A stretch of DNA of 63,958 nt, filler included, from Octopus bimaculoides (taxonomy: Eukaryota), in the NCBI RefSeq assembly GCF_001194135.2. It is 5 parts of 4 records of this genome, joined end to end, with 100 filler letters (N's around TTAATTAATTAA, not from the genome) between each part and the next. Parts side by side here need not be neighbours in the genome. Positions count along the whole stretch, not along the records: positions 62,956 to 63,958 come from NC_068986.1; 4 more parts are not named here. One strand, written 5' to 3'. The notes under the pieces are model-generated. The model saw only the letters and a program-made list of their open reading frames with translations, did not search any database and had not been told where the DNA came from. Each line of letters opens with the position of its first letter. The stretch's first letter is position 1. This document shows positions 63,317 through 63,958 of this stretch, in pieces. The position numbers and the translations under genes were made by a program.

Positions 63317-63926
63317 AAGAAGACGACAACGATGATGATGATGATGATGAAGAAGAGGAAGTAGAGAAGCCATTTTCTTTGGCGTCAATCAAAGACTTGT
63401 TATCCACACACGCATATATATATATATATATATATATATTGTATGTATGTATATGTCTGCGCGTGCATGTATCCGCACGCGTGTATGATCACACCGTAAA
63501 TCGAATGAGGATTGTTAATTCGAGGAAATATTCATCGCAGGTGATATATATACAATGGTATATAATAACAGCAGTTCAAACTTGGACATTATAGTCTTGC
63601 TACTTCAAAGTCACAACTCCAAAAACGATATCGAATCCTTTTGATAAAGGCACGTAGAATAATAACTGTTATAATTTTGGATACTTAGTAGTCTGTTGAG
63701 TAAGTAATCATAAGACATTTATACTACAGATCATGAAACCAAATACTTGATGGTTACTTTTAATAGGTCTCTATAAGAAGCAGATGCCGTCTCTGCTTTG
63801 ATTTTGTGTGTATTGCAGATGTGATATGGTTGCTTGAAGTTTTATATCTAGAACGATGTATATTGTCTTTTATATTTTATTCGAATTATGATGTAGATAT
63901 ATAGATATAAGCGTCTCTCTCTCTCA

Positions 63927-63958
<32 letters not shown>

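Noticed and set aside
62994-63407. ORF starting [20 protein letters not shown] as an EAAT N-terminal exon
   Set aside because: It runs straight into (TCA)n and (TA)n microsatellites, has no donor site, and shows no SLC1 similarity.
1937-63594. Numerous ORFs rich in YI, CV, HT, RE or X
   Set aside because: They are translations of (TA)n, (TG)n and (GA)n microsatellites or N gaps, with no protein-like content.

Overview
AT-rich, microsatellite-dense, gapped eukaryotic scaffold. The SINE, mariner and RTE content suggests an octopus genome, which is an inference with no database check. One host gene is visible: the last four coding exons (234, 195, 135 and 187 nt, all GT-AG and phase-consistent) of an SLC1/EAAT glutamate transporter on the minus strand (34688 to 19061). 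Its upstream exons were not found in the window. The rest is transposon-derived: two Penelope-like retroelements (PLEs), several mariner copies, a DD37D fragment, RTE, CR1-like and RLE-type LINE fragments, Helentron-type non-autonomous elements, a Helitron helicase relic, abundant tRNA-derived SINEs and fold-back elements. The most striking unannotated signal is a set of type I hammerhead ribozyme (HHR) motifs found by eye. Two are complete and sit 3' of PLE GIY-YIG coding regions (2723-2814 +, 10760-10847 -). A two-copy variant has an extra A in the core (CAUGAUGA) and lies in direct repeats about 2.9 kb apart. There are also minimal dimer-type and decayed copies. HHRs in PLEs are established knowledge in general; these particular families, the variant core and any activity are untested. 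The transporter combines the EAAT-type TM8 arginine with an ASCT-type NVEGD motif. Element boundaries were read by eye and are approximate unless stated otherwise.
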